DNA of 64,000 nucleotides from Octopus vulgaris (GCA_951406725.2 OX597815.1:53196001-53260000), one strand, 5' to 3'; counted from the first letter of the stretch, positions 1 to 14,455 are shown. Program-made: numbers and translations. Notes: a model not told the origin generated them from the sequence alone.

Positions 1-902
1 ACAGCAAGTACAGAAAACACAGATTTTATGAATAAAGAAAAGTGAAAATGTGCGGGTAATCTTCAATCTTTTTTTTTCAAGAATCAATGTGTGTTAAGTA
101 TAAAAGGATGCTCTGTATAGCGTCAATTGCGGTCCTTTCTATACATTTAGCTACAACTTTTCTATTCTCGTATATTTTTCACACCAGAAAATAAATTTAG
201 TATTCGCCATAAGCTATTCATGTATGTAAACTGTTTTTCTACTCAGTTGTTAAATTTTCATTTTTTAAGTATAGTAACTGATGTATTGGGTTTATTCTCA
301 ATTAAGTTTTAAATCTCATTTATTCAGTTTGTGAGCTAACACATTCATCCCAACACAGTACACTATTGTACATGCACTACAGTCGCTTTTGTTAATTCGC
401 AAATGCATTTTTCCTTCACCCATAAAATTAGCTATCATTCTACAATTTATAATTGCATTACTTTTCTTCGTTATTTTTCATCTACCAACTTTAATCAAAG
501 ATTTATTTTAAGGAAATTGAGAAAACAAAATAAAATAAAAACAAGAAAATCGTTTTGCAAAGTGTGAGTTTTAATACTGCTTTCATTAGTGTGGCATTCG
601 TGTTAAAAATGATAGATCCAACTCAGTTCGCGAGCGTTGTTAGCAATACTGTGACATCTTGGCTAATCAGCTTGTGATCGATGGAGTCAGTGTACAAAGC
701 TGACGGTTTCAGATCCCTTGACTCAATAAATTTAAGATATATTGACATAAATTCAATTACAAAGACGACCCTCGACACTCTCTCCTGGGAAATTTCTAAG
801 TGCTGAAATTAAACGATAAGACTTACAGAATTGACTCAATGTCACCATAGTGGTTGTCGACATCCTCCCCCTCCCCCACACTATCATCATCACTGCCATT
901 AA

Positions 903-959
<57 letters not shown>

Positions 960-1444
960 CATCATCATTATCTTTACTAAATATGCTGTTCTTGTTTTTG
1001 TTTTCGGTTAGTCAATTGGCCTGTCAAACCTACCTTGCGCTCTACAGATTGGCCGACGGCTGAGGCGTAATGAAGACAATAGACAGTTTCACTGTTAGAA
1101 TGTGGAAAAGTAGTTGTAAGCAAATCCCCTTTCCCCACAAACACCCAGGAACCCTATTTCGGTTTTCTTCTCTTCCTTTACCATTTTGGCACGTGGTTCG
1201 ACTGTAAAGCACGCGGCTTGTCTCCGGGAAACGAAGACGGTGAACAAGTCGGGAATCAAGCAGAATTTCACCAAAGTTTTGATTAATTTAGCCTTTTTCT
1301 CACTGATGGTTTAATGGTTACAAGACTATAGTCACCTTTCTCCTCACAACCCCTTACACATCTTCCAGATCGCTTCATTTTCATCGAGTATTTGCACTTT
1401 CCAAAAGTTATGGCGACCTGAGCGTGCTCTTAATCAGCTCTTAT

Positions 1445-1483
<39 letters not shown>

Positions 1484-1786
1484 CCTCTCTCTCTTTCTGC
1501 TTCTCTTCTCTTTCTCCTTCCTTTCTTCGCTTTCCTCTTCCTTTTCCAGCCTGCTATTTGATTTACCTCAACCGCTCCCAAAATCCAAGTATGGTGGACA
1601 CGTGCATATTGCATACAGTATAATACTAATCGACGTTTTAGTGCATGGACACAAACAAACAAAAATTTTCCCAATCTTTTTTTTGTTTTTTATGTAACCT
1701 CTTAACTCAAGTCGATTTCTGTGTGAGTATGCATGTGCATATGTGAAAACACGTGTGTCACCTTATGCTTAACTTTGCCCGCAACG

Positions 1787-1835
<49 letters not shown>

Positions 1836-1955
1836 ATGCTTCATAAGTGTCTTTCTGTGCGTGTGTGTGTGTATACACATATAAAATGCATTAAGTACTT
1901 TTTCTCTCGTTCTATAGTATTAATGAACATACACACACATATATACATATATATA

Positions 1956-1991
<36 letters not shown>

Positions 1992-3029
1992 CATACATAC
2001 ATACATACATACATACATACATACATACATACATACATACATGCATATGTACGTGTGTATGTATGTATAGGAGATTTATTTCCAAGGGTTGCAGTTTTAT
2101 CGTTCACGTGTATTTCTTTCTAGGACACATTTGTTTGTCAAGAGGGACATAAAAATGTCATTACTGTTGACAAACAAAACAAATCAACAAAACAGTATAA
2201 TTATTTGGAATAACATTGAAAAACTAAACGAAAAATAAGGAAAATATGGTAAAAAATAGAGAGAAGGGGAATGAGAAAGAAAGAGAGAAAATGGGGAGGG
2301 CAGGTGAGGTGGTGAAATTATCAGTTATCTTGACTGTTTATCGCCAATGTTATAACACAATCAGTGATAATAAGGTTATGGCACACATCCTGCATTGGAT
2401 ATTGTAGAAGCATGAGCAATGTAAGTATGTTGATAGAAAATTAAAAATTGGCATAGAGAAATAAGACGGAGAAACAGATACTGTTGTTGTTTAACCCTTC
2501 TTCTGTCCTCGTGATGCACACTATTTTTAATGAAATGCATTTCACCCATGTGTAACCCATCTTCTTTGTGTGATGGGGACTATATAAGCCAGTCTTTAAT
2601 TTCTTGTAACTTGGGTGTTACTATTGGTGGGGCGATTTGGCTGTTAATTCTAGCAGGTCGGGTCACTGCATAGAGGTTCAATTGTTCATGAAAGTGACAA
2701 TTTTAATTAGTTGACACTGAAGTCCTTCTATGAGCTGAGGTTATGTTTTGAACATTCAGTCTGTATCTATGCTGCGAGTATTTCGATTTCCATCCTGTCT
2801 CTAGTATTTATGTCCTAGCGGTTTGGGATATGAAAAAAGTAAATGGTGATGTTAACGGTCAAAATAGAGAGAGATATGATTAAATATTAAAACATTTTTG
2901 AAAGAAATGGTAAAAGATTTGTTAGAATAATCTCAAATATTTAGTCTGGTGCACTAATTCTTCTACGAGTAGAAGTGTCAGTTATTAGTATGTAAGAAAG
3001 AACTGTTTCTTTTTTCTTTTGTAACTTAC

Positions 3030-3135
3030 CTGATTGGTTGTGTTGGATGCTGAGTGTGAATATGTTGACCAAGCATCACTTGTGCTTGATCCTGCAGGTT
3101 TTCTACTTGGTGGGGATCCTTTAAACCTCGGGTAT
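3030..3135 (-). CDS. NR2E3: NR2E3/PNR internal exon, LBD ([36 protein letters not shown])
   Basis: Hand translation; not in the ORF track. Acceptor ttttctgttttcaaag|, donor |gtaagt, 106 nt, phase 1 in and phase 2 out. Matches human NR2E3 [25 protein letters not shown]...PSQPVR as recalled. Confidence 0.95.
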
Positions 3136-3504
3136 CTTTGAAAACAGAAAAGAAGAGCACAATGATAAACTATTTAAAGATAACTTAATACAAAATAACA
3201 ATTTATAACTTTGACATAAAGATGTCCCTTTAAAGTAGGGGTGCACTGATTTAGTCGGTCCCACTAACAGACTGGTATTTCTTTTATGTTTTCCAAGAGA
3301 AAAAATAAAACAGGTTGAGTGTTAAACTCGGACAGTAAATAGGCGTAGCAGAATAGTCAAGTATTCTACCAATTCTAAAGTCCATTGAATTTTCTCAAAT
3401 ATTAGATGCATATTAGACAAAAATTATCTACAGAAATGGCTACAACGTTAGTTTAATTTGGAGGATAAGACATAATCCTAACATTTGAGAAACATAAATG
3501 ATAT

Positions 3505-4085
3505 TCTTCTCTACTCTGGGAATAAAGCCCGAAATTTTTGGGAAGGGGGTTAGTCGATTAGATCGACCTCAGTACGCAATTGGTGCTTAATTTATCGATC
3601 CCGAAAGGATGAAAGGCAAAGTCCAAAGTCAACCTCGGCGGAATTTGGACTCAGAACGTAAAGACAGACGAAATACCTATTTCTTTACTACCCACAAGGG
3701 GCTAAACACAGAGGGGACAAACAAGGACTGACAAACGGATTAAGTCGATTTCATCGACCCCAGTGCTTAACTTAACTTAATTTATCGACCCCGAAAGAAT
3801 GAAAGGCAATTATATAAATATACAACTAAACAATACGTATAAATATGCGGAAAATATTTGAAAATATTCTTTTCTACTCAAGGCACAAGGCCCGAAATTT
3901 GGGGGGAGGGAGGAGGGGCCAGACGATTAGACCGACCAGTACGCAACTTGTGCTAATTTATCGACCCCGAAAGAATGAAAGGTTAAGTCGACCTCGGCGG
4001 AATTTGAACTCAGAACGTAACGGCAGACGAAATACGGCTACGCATTTCGCCTGGCGTGCTAACGTTTCTGCCAGCTCGCCGCATT
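3505..4085 (-). mobile_element. Compound tRNA-derived SINE cluster
   Basis: Repeated core tttatcgaccccgaaaggatgaaaggcaaagtcgacctcggcggaatttgaactc. Reverse B-box (gagttcaaattcc) and A-box (gctggcagaa); same family recurs at 30293, 56538, 58895, 63335. Confidence 0.85.
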
Positions 4086-5999
4086 GAAGAATAAGTAATA
4101 CTATTTCAACAATAGTATTTCGGGTAAGAGAAAGGAAATTTTATCAACTGAGAACCGATATAAAATCGAATCTTCGAAGCTTAGAATATTGCTAGTTAAT
4201 GTAATTAAAACCATAACCTAATTTGACACCGCATCCTGTCCCATAACTACCTTTACTGAAGACCGAACATTCAGGCCAATACAACACCCCTCTCTTTCTC
4301 ACACTTATTTATGGGTCTCCAGAAAAGTTAATGAACGCCGCTCCCACTCGATAAATTCATAACAATAACAAATACTCTTAATTTCGCTGTCTTAAATCAT
4401 CTATCTAAATATCGTTAATTAGAGACCGTCAACATAAATATAAACGATACGAGTATTTAATTATTTAAAGTTCAAAGCATATGAAGAATGGCTTCAGGAT
4501 ATTCTTAGAATATCCCTTAAACTCTTCTTTTTCGTTTACGTATTTGGTTTGGAAGATTCTTGACGTGAACATGCGTGTTGAAGCAAATAATGTTATACAT
4601 GGATATGGTCATTTTCCCCCCAATTAAACACACGCACTATTTATATGAGCATCACTTAAGTTTTATTCGTATTGCTTTTAGTTTATACGTTTGTCAAGGT
4701 ACTTTCGTCACACATTCTGTGGGACGAAAGAACTTTTACAGACGTGTGTATAATTTGTTAAAAATAAAAAAGAGAACATCCCCAAGTATAACAATATCTT
4801 CTTTAGCAGATTCGCCAGAAGTCGTCACATCGTAAGTAATCACAGACAACACTTCACAGTGTATGAATTAATAAATATATTTAAATGTTAACCAATACAT
4901 AGCATGTGTGCTTATTAAAGATGTCTTTGTTTATAACCTGTAGAATATAGCCCATAATTACTACGTTCATTCTCAATATTTGCTAATAATAAGCGTTAAC
5001 AGTTTAATCGAAATATTCCTTGAATATTCGAAAACGAAAGCGAAATCATTCGGGTCCTGGGCAAACTATTTCTCTATAAATTGAGTTCTTAATAGCTTTA
5101 GAAAAAGTTAGAGAGGAAGGGAGTGCGAAAAAAAAAAGTACAAAGTGGAAACGATGTGCGCGTGCGCGAGTTCGCATGTGATTGTAGATTCAGAATAAAA
5201 ATGTGCAAAGAAACACAAAATTAGATCAGGTGATTTATCAAAAAGGCTTTAAACAAAAATGGTGAAGACCAATGAGCAATCTTAATCAAACACATAGCAA
5301 GAGTTTTGCAATGTCTTGCATGGTAATGAATTTCTCCTTTCTTTTGCAGTCTAAGTAATAGTTTCTACAGCTTAGTTGAGAGATAGGAAATCTTAAGAAA
5401 AATAGAAAGTGCAAAGATAAATAGATACAGCAGACATACACATTCATACTTATATATATATATATATATGAATGTACATATGTACACACACACACAAATG
5501 TACATACATCATACATATATATGTGCGTGTGTGTGCGTGTGTGAGTGTATGTGTGTGTATACTGTAGTGATAATTGCATAGAATGTACTTAGAAAAAGAG
5601 AGAGAATCAAAAAGTCCCAAAATAAATTGAAATGATCGCAACAAGCATGATACTCTCTCTCTCTCTCTCTCTCTCTAACACACACACATATACGGAAAAT
5701 AGGCTGGCTAGAGAGAGAGAGAGATAGAGAACTATGTAGAATTCGATCAGAAATCGTTTTTCATTTTCCTTTGTAAAAAGAATTCCACTTCCTTCCGTTT
5801 GATTTTCTTAAGGCGAAAGCAAAAGAAAGCAAGGAAGAAAACGCAAACCGCCAACAAACAAACAAACTTTCGATTAATGGTCTTTCAGAAACTTTACGTC
5901 TTTTGTTTTATTAACTTTCTCCTGTATTTCGAACTTCAGTTTCGCTTATTTTACTGGTTGTCTTCTTATTTTATTTATTCTTATTATTTCTTCCATCCT

Positions 6000-6067
<68 letters not shown>

Positions 6068-6130
6068 TATATATATACGCATATATATATATGTATATAT
6101 AAATATATATGTATATGTATATATATATAT

Positions 6131-6208
<78 letters not shown>

Positions 6209-6471
6209 ACATCGTTTCGTTTTTTTTTTTCTTTTTTCATTTTCTTAATTATTTTCTGTCTTAATTCAATAGATTTTTACCGAATATTTTCTTTCTTTCG
6301 TTCTTTCTTTCTTTTCCTTTAAAAGAGTTTGCTGTAATTTATTTATAAATTTTTTCTACTTGCGGCAAGCCCTGTATTTTCACATGAAAGCAGTGTGATC
6401 GTGTTAAATTGAATGTATTTGCAGTGTTAGCTTCTTTCCTGCGTTTTTAAATCTATCTATCTATCTGCCTC

Positions 6472-6608
<137 letters not shown>

Positions 6609-6976
6609 TTCCCTCTCTGTGTCTGTCTATTGAGCTGTCGTCTATCTAGCAGTCTATAGGTCGATAGGTCTGTCTGTGTACCTGTCTGTCTGTTTGTTTG
6701 TGTATCTGTCAACCAATCTATGCATCCGTTTATTTAGCTATTGTTTCACGTTTATTTTTCCAGACCTGCAGCTTTTTTCTTTCGTTCCTTTTCTCAATGT
6801 TTCATTCTTTCATTATTCCTTTCTTTGCTTTCCCTCTACTTTTCATGTATTTTCCCCATTTTTCCTTCTCATTTTCCTTCGCGCAGAGATTAATGACTAC
6901 ATGGTGAGATAGGTAGGTAGGTAGATAAGTATGTTGATAGCCAGCTAGACAGACAGACAGATAGATAGATAGACAA

Positions 6977-7019
<43 letters not shown>

Positions 7020-7064
7020 AACAGATAGACTGATAGACAGACAGAAAGACAGACAGACAGACAT

Positions 7065-7129
<65 letters not shown>

Positions 7130-7448
7130 AGAATACATAGGTATTTTCCTGGATTTGTGTTCGGAAGACATCCTGCATATCATTTACATTGGGAAGGCAA
7201 ACTGTTCAACCGAGAATATAATGAATATACTGAAAAGTATGAAACCTAATTGCTATACAAGGAGCATACGTAAATTAAGACCAACACATATCATAGTAAA
7301 CATATAAATTTTGATATATATTATACTGAAGCATGAATTTCATAGGATGACTCTATCGTATCGAAATCTTCATCGAATGGTAATGTAGCAAACACTGGTA
7401 TGAAAAAAAGCACGATTCTAAATACACATTGATTCTTGTATGTGTGTG

Positions 7449-7511
<63 letters not shown>

Positions 7512-7552
7512 GTGTGGTGTAGTGTTTTATTGAAGCTGAAAACATCATATAT

Positions 7553-7588
7553 TGTTACTCAGAGTTTCACACAACCGATCATCAGACA
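7553..7588 (-). ncRNA. Minimal type I hammerhead-like motif
   Basis: Minus strand ugu-CUGAUGA-ucgguugugu-GAAAC-ucuga-GUA-aca. Canonical core, 3-bp stem I, near-palindromic stem III, poor stem II. Confidence 0.55.
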
Positions 7589-7952
7589 GCTATACATATG
7601 GATACACACACATATTGCTTTCTTTTATGTATTTTATAATTCTCCTCACAGTGATTTCGCCCCCTGCCTCTTGTGTTTATCAGCTAAAACCAGCACCACC
7701 GTCCTGCTCTCATGGAAACTATGCGCTATTGTAAATAAATGTCTGGACGCATTTTACATGCCAACATTCTATCTACTCGTTTTTTTGACGTTGACAACTC
7801 AAACATACTCTTTCTCTCTCCTTCTCTCACCCTCTTGCTCTCTCTCTCTCTATATATATATATTTTTTTCTCTCCCTTTCTCACATACACACGCGCAAAT
7901 ACACTTGCATGCACTCACACATACACCCACACACACACACACAAACTCACAC

Positions 7953-7998
<46 letters not shown>

Positions 7999-10743
7999 TT
8001 ATATGTATATATCTATATATATACGCACACAATAACTCATGCATACTCTACCACTGTCTCTTCCTCACATAGACAGAGAGAGAGAGAGAGATTGACTGTG
8101 TTTATCCATGCAAAATAATGAATGTTTGAACATTGTGTTCATATTTCGAAATTCTGGGAAATAAAACAACCGCAAGAAATCAAGAGAACATTCTAAAGAA
8201 AAATGTAAAGTATTAAAAAAAAAGTGGGGAAATTGAAATGTGGATGAAGAATTGAGAAATTTTAATCGTAATGATATTAATTTTCAGCCAATCATTAGAC
8301 AATCTGTCAAAATTTAAAAATATAAATAATTAGCAAAAAACAAGTTCGAAAATATATATAAAAACAATAAAGGAAAATCAAAGGAGCAAACCAATTTTAT
8401 CATCCAAATTACAAATCAAATTTACTCGCCATCTTTATATAGAATTCGTCTCTGTTAATGCTGCCAAATATTTATTCATTTATTTTGATTAAGCAAGCAC
8501 AAAGTAGGTTTTTAGAATGGAGACATAGCTCTTGCTGGTGTTTAAGTATAGCTCTAAGTTGATTCTGATCGAGTAAACCTATGACCATGGCTCTCCAGCC
8601 ACGACAGTCCTATTATTTAATATGTCGGGGACAAATTTATCTAATCTGTCCTTCGTTATTTAATCGGTGGTATGCGGTTTGTGGAAAATGCTGTTGTTAT
8701 GTCCTAAGAGTTTGAGCAACCGTACCATGCTCCATTGGTACCTGGTTATAATGTAGCCCTAATATGTCACAGGTACCTAATACTTTAAGTTTGATTCGAC
8801 TTATACTAAGTGGTTTGTCGAGTGAAGTGTAATCAATTTTATTGGTAGAAATTCTTGTCCTGTACTTATTTTACGGTCACATTGTAATAGGACACATTGT
8901 AACAGGACACAAATACCATAAGCCATTTTTAGTAAAACACTCTGCAGATTGTCAACTCGTCGAATTCATTTAACATTTTAACTGCAAAATTAAATTTCAT
9001 GGTTATTCTAGTAATGATGTTAGATATTTAACAAAAATAGAATTGGTATTTTCTGCATAGTCATGTTACCTCGATAAATGTGACATATCTCAACAGAAAA
9101 TAGCTTCAAACATGAAATTCCTCAACAAAAAATAGATTTGTATTTAAGAACTGGGTACTGAAATCTTGAATGGATATGTCTGCGTTCCGTAGTGACTGAT
9201 TAAGGTGAGTGGTTGGCAGAATCGGTTCAGTACTTGCTTTTTACTTACGACCGCTTACGCACTGGTTTTAAAACATGCTGTGATCGACTAACTGTTACCG
9301 TGTTTAAAGGACTAATAATGCTGTGAAATCATTTAAAACGTTAAATTTTGTGGTCAATTTAATCATCAGCTAATCCCTTCCCATAAACTTTTTGGCTGTT
9401 AACTTACCTTGCATGCTAAATCCCACTAAGATTTTTGATTACACAGCGAAGCAATTAAACTTGGCTTGTACTCCACACATCCTTAGAGAAGAAAATTAAG
9501 GTCATGGCATAACAAGGTGCTTGAAAGTGCTTCATATTAAGTGGCACAGCTAATTTGAGAAAGGTGATGCAAAATTAAGTAAAGTGGGAGATAATCTATT
9601 TGGTTGAGTAATTTTCACAACGGGTTTCGAATATAATAATTTTATATTTCAGAAACGAAGCTGATAATGTTCTTATATCTATTATATAATCTATTACTAT
9701 ATTGATTATTTCTACTCTAGGCACAAAGCCTTGAAAATTTTTGGGAGAAGGGAGCTGGTCGATTACGTCGACCCCAGTGCGTAACTAATACTTATTTCAT
9801 CGACCCTTATTATTATGTTAACGAAATGCGAATGTAAGTACTATTTTAGAAATTGAAGAAATTTTAATAGTACAGAATAAAATATAAAATTGTTACACTA
9901 TACTTTAGCCCGAGCAAAATTTCAGTTATTAGCACTGGTTAGAATTAAAGAAAGGCCATATTTTCATATTGAGTTCAAATCTCGTCGTGGTCAACCTTGT
10001 CTTGCATTCTTTCAAGAGAATAGAAATAACGTGCCAGTCAAGTGTACTGAAGTCGACATGATATCTTCTACAGTCTTAAAATTTTAAATGAGACATGCAT
10101 AATCTCAATGTAGCGTTATAAAATTATGTCCCTTTACTTGTTAGATTCAAAATTCTGAACGGTTCGCTTTTCCTTTCATCTCTCGATTAAAGTGCAAGTA
10201 ATTTACTACATCTTATTCAATCGACTCGTGCACTGCATAATACTCATTCCTTACAAATTAGGACATTCTGAGAATATTTTGAAATAGAGAATAACAATTT
10301 TGAAAAATTATTAATATAATAAGAACAAGGAATTTGAATGCGAGTATAATATTTGGGTTAGGAGAAGGAAAAAAGGTATTTAGAAAATGTATAAAAATAA
10401 AAGAATAAAGCGGATTGCATTCCAATTGTTTCTTGAGGGGGCAAAGTGGAATGGCTGACTGAATTGCAGAAATTTCATTTTTTTTTTCAAGAATCATTCA
10501 ATTTCACGTAGTTTGGTTTTAATAGACGAGTAAAAAATGCCAATTACTAATCTTTAATTTGTACAATGGACAGAGTTGAAATACAAGCGAGTGTATGTAT
10601 GCATGTATGTATGTATGTATGTATGTATGTATGTATGTATGTATGTATGTATGTATGTATGTATGTATGTATGTATGTATGTAGCTGTCCGTGTATGTGA
10701 GTATATAGGTGTGTGTATATATATATGTATATATATAAATGTA

Positions 10744-10793
<50 letters not shown>

Positions 10794-10821
10794 TATATAT
10801 ATATAAGAGAGAGAGGATAGA

Positions 10822-10858
<37 letters not shown>

Positions 10859-11088
10859 TACTTGCATAGCGAGTGACTTGATCTGAGATCGTGTGCTGGA
10901 ACGAAAACAATTGCAGCGTGGAAGGTGTTTATAAGCCATTTAACACACAAAACCGTTAGATTCACTTCAACATTTAAATTTAATTTGTCAAAATATTTTC
11001 GTCGCTTTGAGAGCGCGACCTGTTCACTGACAAAGCTACGTGCTGCATCTGAGAAAGTAACAGTTATTTCATGATATATATGTACGTA

Positions 11089-11127
<39 letters not shown>

Positions 11128-11354
11128 TTGTCTCTCTCACCACCGTCTAACGGTGAATGGATACAACGTCTTAGATACATATATGCACATATAACCTTAT
11201 ACATATATACAAGTACACACAATCATATAGACACTTACACATACTCACAAATATACGTATGATCATAAGAGTATACACACATATACGCTCATCCATCTTT
11301 ACACACATACACACATATACACACACATACGTAACGAAAATGCATATATATATA

Positions 11355-11565
11355 CTCTTTAATCTTTTACTTGTTTCAGTCATTTGACTGCGGCCATGCT
11401 GGAGCACCGCCTTTAGTCGAGTAAATCGACCCCAGGACTTATTCTTTGTAAACCTAGTACTTATTCTATCGCTCTTTTTTGCCGAACCGCTAAGTTACGG
11501 GGACGTAAACACACCAGTATCGGTTGTCAAGCGACGTTGGGGGGACAAACACAGACACACAAGCA
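11355..11565 (-). mobile_element. SINE 3' fragment
   Basis: cttttacttgtttcagtcatttgactgcggccatgctggagcacc...; same family at 14470, 19345, 26845, 34660, 38820. Confidence 0.8.
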
Positions 11566-12325
11566 TATACACATACACATACATATAAATATATATAAAT
11601 ATATGTTTTATTTATTATTTTGTTATTATATGATGAAATGCCACGCATCCTCTTCCAAGTAAGTTTATCTTAATAATTATGATGCGCACGCTTAACCTTA
11701 CTGTCTCTATTTTTCTAACCTTACTGTCCCCCTCTCGCTCATTCTTCATTCTTTCTGGTTTTCTCTACGATTCTCTCCCTTTCACCGTTCCCTTTCTCTC
11801 ACTCCTCCTCCTCCTTTCTTATGCCGTTGTTCTCACGCGTTCAAAATAATTATCCTTTCGTTTGGCTTAAAAGCCCTTAAAGTTCGTATTACTGTTATTC
11901 TACGTGTCCTGTCGTTTACTGTTTTTATTTTTATTTGTATTTTTGCTGTCTTGTATTGTTTTTATTGTCCTGTTTTTGTTACCACTTTTACCCCTCCGCA
12001 AAAAATCTCAAAGTTTATTTAATTTGCTTTACGGGAAGGACCGTTTCACCGAAGTCGTGTCTCGCCTTTACCTTCAAAACACGGAGTAGACGAAAGGGAG
12101 GCGGCTGAAGAAGGGGAGTTTTCCTTGTGTTGTATATCGTGTACCCTGTTTTTTTGGTTGTTTAAAAAAATGTCCGCTTCCATGGTTCTGTTCTTATGTT
12201 TTCGTTTCTCATTGTGTTCGACGTTTTTTTTTGTGTCCTTTACCCATATATGCATGTATATATACATATAGATGTAGGTACGTACATATATGTATGTATA
12301 TATGCATATGATTTATTTATTATTT

Positions 12326-12360
<35 letters not shown>

Positions 12361-12362
<2 letters not shown>

Positions 12363-12469
12363 GGTGTCCACAAAGTCTGGGTACATGGGGATTAACACAT
12401 ATTTCTTATATTTAATTCTTTATGTTATGATTTTATTTACTCCATGTACCCAGACTTTGTGGACACCCT
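12361..12469. mobile_element. Tc1/mariner-type MITE (~110 bp)
   Basis: 28-bp perfect TIRs agggtgtccacaaagtctgggtacatgg / ccatgtacccagactttgtggacaccct next to a TA tract. Confidence 0.85.
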
Positions 12470-13645
12470 CTCTCTCTCTCTCTATATATATATATGTGTG
12501 TGTGTGTGTGTTTTCATTGTTGCCAGCTGAGTGGACCAGAATAACGTGAAACGAAGCGTTCTGGTCAAGAGCAGGGCTTATCGGTCGATGTAGGAATGGA
12601 AACCACAATCTTACGACCATGAGTGCAAGATTCTAACCACTAAGCCACACACATATACGGACCGTTTGTCTTGCCTCTTTATCCAGATCTGTGGACTGAC
12701 TTTCTTTGTAGCTTCGGTGATGTTATGTTTGTTTTTTCCTTCTTTGCTACATTAGTATTTCCGACTCCAGTCAGATTATTACAGAGCAAACACTTACAAG
12801 ACCCCGGCAGCCTCCATGCATTGACTGGGAAAGTGCCAACTAGCCATTTTTCGGTGTGTTCAGATCCCACATTAGTCTTCTTGCGTAGTAGATGCAATCC
12901 GTCAATCGATTTACTGCCAATCGGTTTGGGGTGCCTCAAGCAGAATATACTTTGTTGCAAAATTTCTGGCCTGGACTCAAGTTTAAGGATACCTCAATGT
13001 GATCGCAGAGCAATGTGAAATGGAGTGTTTTGCTTAGAACACAACGAACTGCTCGACCTGTGAATCGAAACCACGATCTCACAATCGTGAGTACAACACT
13101 CTAGCCACTAGGGAACACGATAGAGCTTGATTTAATGATTGATAGTTATTTCTTGGTAACATTGCGATCACATACTTATTCCTCCCTTGCCTCATAAATC
13201 CGATGTTGTTTACAATTTTAGTCTACGATGTTGTATACCATTCTAATAAAACCATTATTGTACAAATCATGGTGTCTCTAACAAATGCCGAGTATTTTTT
13301 TAAGAATACAAACGCGTCACACAATAGTGAATCGTTGAATATGCTTCTACTTTATTCCTGGTAATAATGTCAATTAAGTCCATCACCAGACTTTCTAATA
13401 TGCAGCTAGGACCACTTAGGCTAAAACAGAAAACATTTTTTTTTCATTATTTTATGATTGGCTGCAGACGAAGTTTGTTAATATTTAGGCAGGCGTCAAA
13501 TTTAAACACAACATAAATACCCTCTCCCTCACAAGACACACACAAATGCATACATAGGCACATATATATTCCTGTTCATAAACATGTTTGCATACATAAA
13601 TACATACAAACATACATACACAGACACACACAGACACACACATAA

Positions 13646-13688
<43 letters not shown>

Positions 13689-13718
13689 CATACATAAACA
13701 CACACACAGATATATCTG

Positions 13719-13773
<55 letters not shown>

Positions 13774-13829
13774 AGTGTGTGTGTATAAATGAGTATATTT
13801 ACATGTGTATATATGTATATATACACATA

Positions 13830-13861
<32 letters not shown>

Positions 13862-13916
13862 CATATATATATATACACACATATATATACATATATATGT
13901 ATATATACATATATAT

Positions 13917-13979
<63 letters not shown>

Positions 13980-14037
13980 GATGGATATGCATAGATGCAT
14001 TTCTATATCTATATATTTATGTATATGCATATATCTT

Positions 14038-14455
14038 TTTTCCTGGGGCTAAACATTAGTAACATTGTCCTGTGTAGGGCTGCCACTTTTTGCTGGTAAA
14101 TAAACTTTTCTGTTCGGTACTTTTACTGCTTATCTCTCGCTCAGAGATTTCAAACTAGATATTTTTTTCTTTACGAGATCAGCGACTGTGTGTCACTTTA
14201 AAAGGTATGAGCAAGTCGAATAAGCCCCCATCACTAGCCTGTTATTGTCTCACACCGAAGACGGGAAGCAACTCAGAAACCTAAGTCTGTGAGTATCACG
14301 AAGGCTAGAGATGGGAGCGATAACTCCCGTTGTTCATACTATATGTACACAAACTGTGTGTCGGCAGCCAGTTGAAAAACATGTTTCCCTGGGGGCTAAA
14401 CAGTGGTAACATCGTCTTGTGTAGGACTACCACATTTTGTTGGTAAATAAACTTT
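14038..14455 (+). mobile_element. Retrozyme-like element: ~70-bp direct repeats 347 nt apart enclosing a hammerhead
   Basis: ggggctaaac...ggtaaataaacttt at 14045-14108 and 14392-14455 (8 mismatches in 64 bp); hammerhead at 14249-14293. Confidence 0.7.
14249..14293 (+). ncRNA. Type I hammerhead ribozyme (U4C variant)
   Basis: cucaca-CCGAAGA-cgggaagcaacuca-GAAAC-cuaa-GUC-ugugag. Perfect 6-bp stem I extended by cuagccu/aggcuag and cccauc/gauggg. Confidence 0.75.

Noticed and set aside
1-3029. Expected last NR2E3 exon (FGxLLL...MEKLLCDMFK)
   Set aside because: No matching sequence found by eye; presumably left of the window.
4680-4755. Hairpin ctttcgtc...gacgaaag as a pre-miRNA or ribozyme
   Set aside because: Short imperfect stem, no recognisable mature miRNA and no catalytic core.
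5150-5290. GCGC-rich patch and CCAAT box suggesting a nested promoter
   Set aside because: No associated exon or ORF; motifs too short to be diagnostic.
12030-12140. CUGAAGA box in a repeat related to 26640-26800 (CUGAUGA on the minus strand)
   Set aside because: No downstream GAAA or stem I could be completed in either copy.
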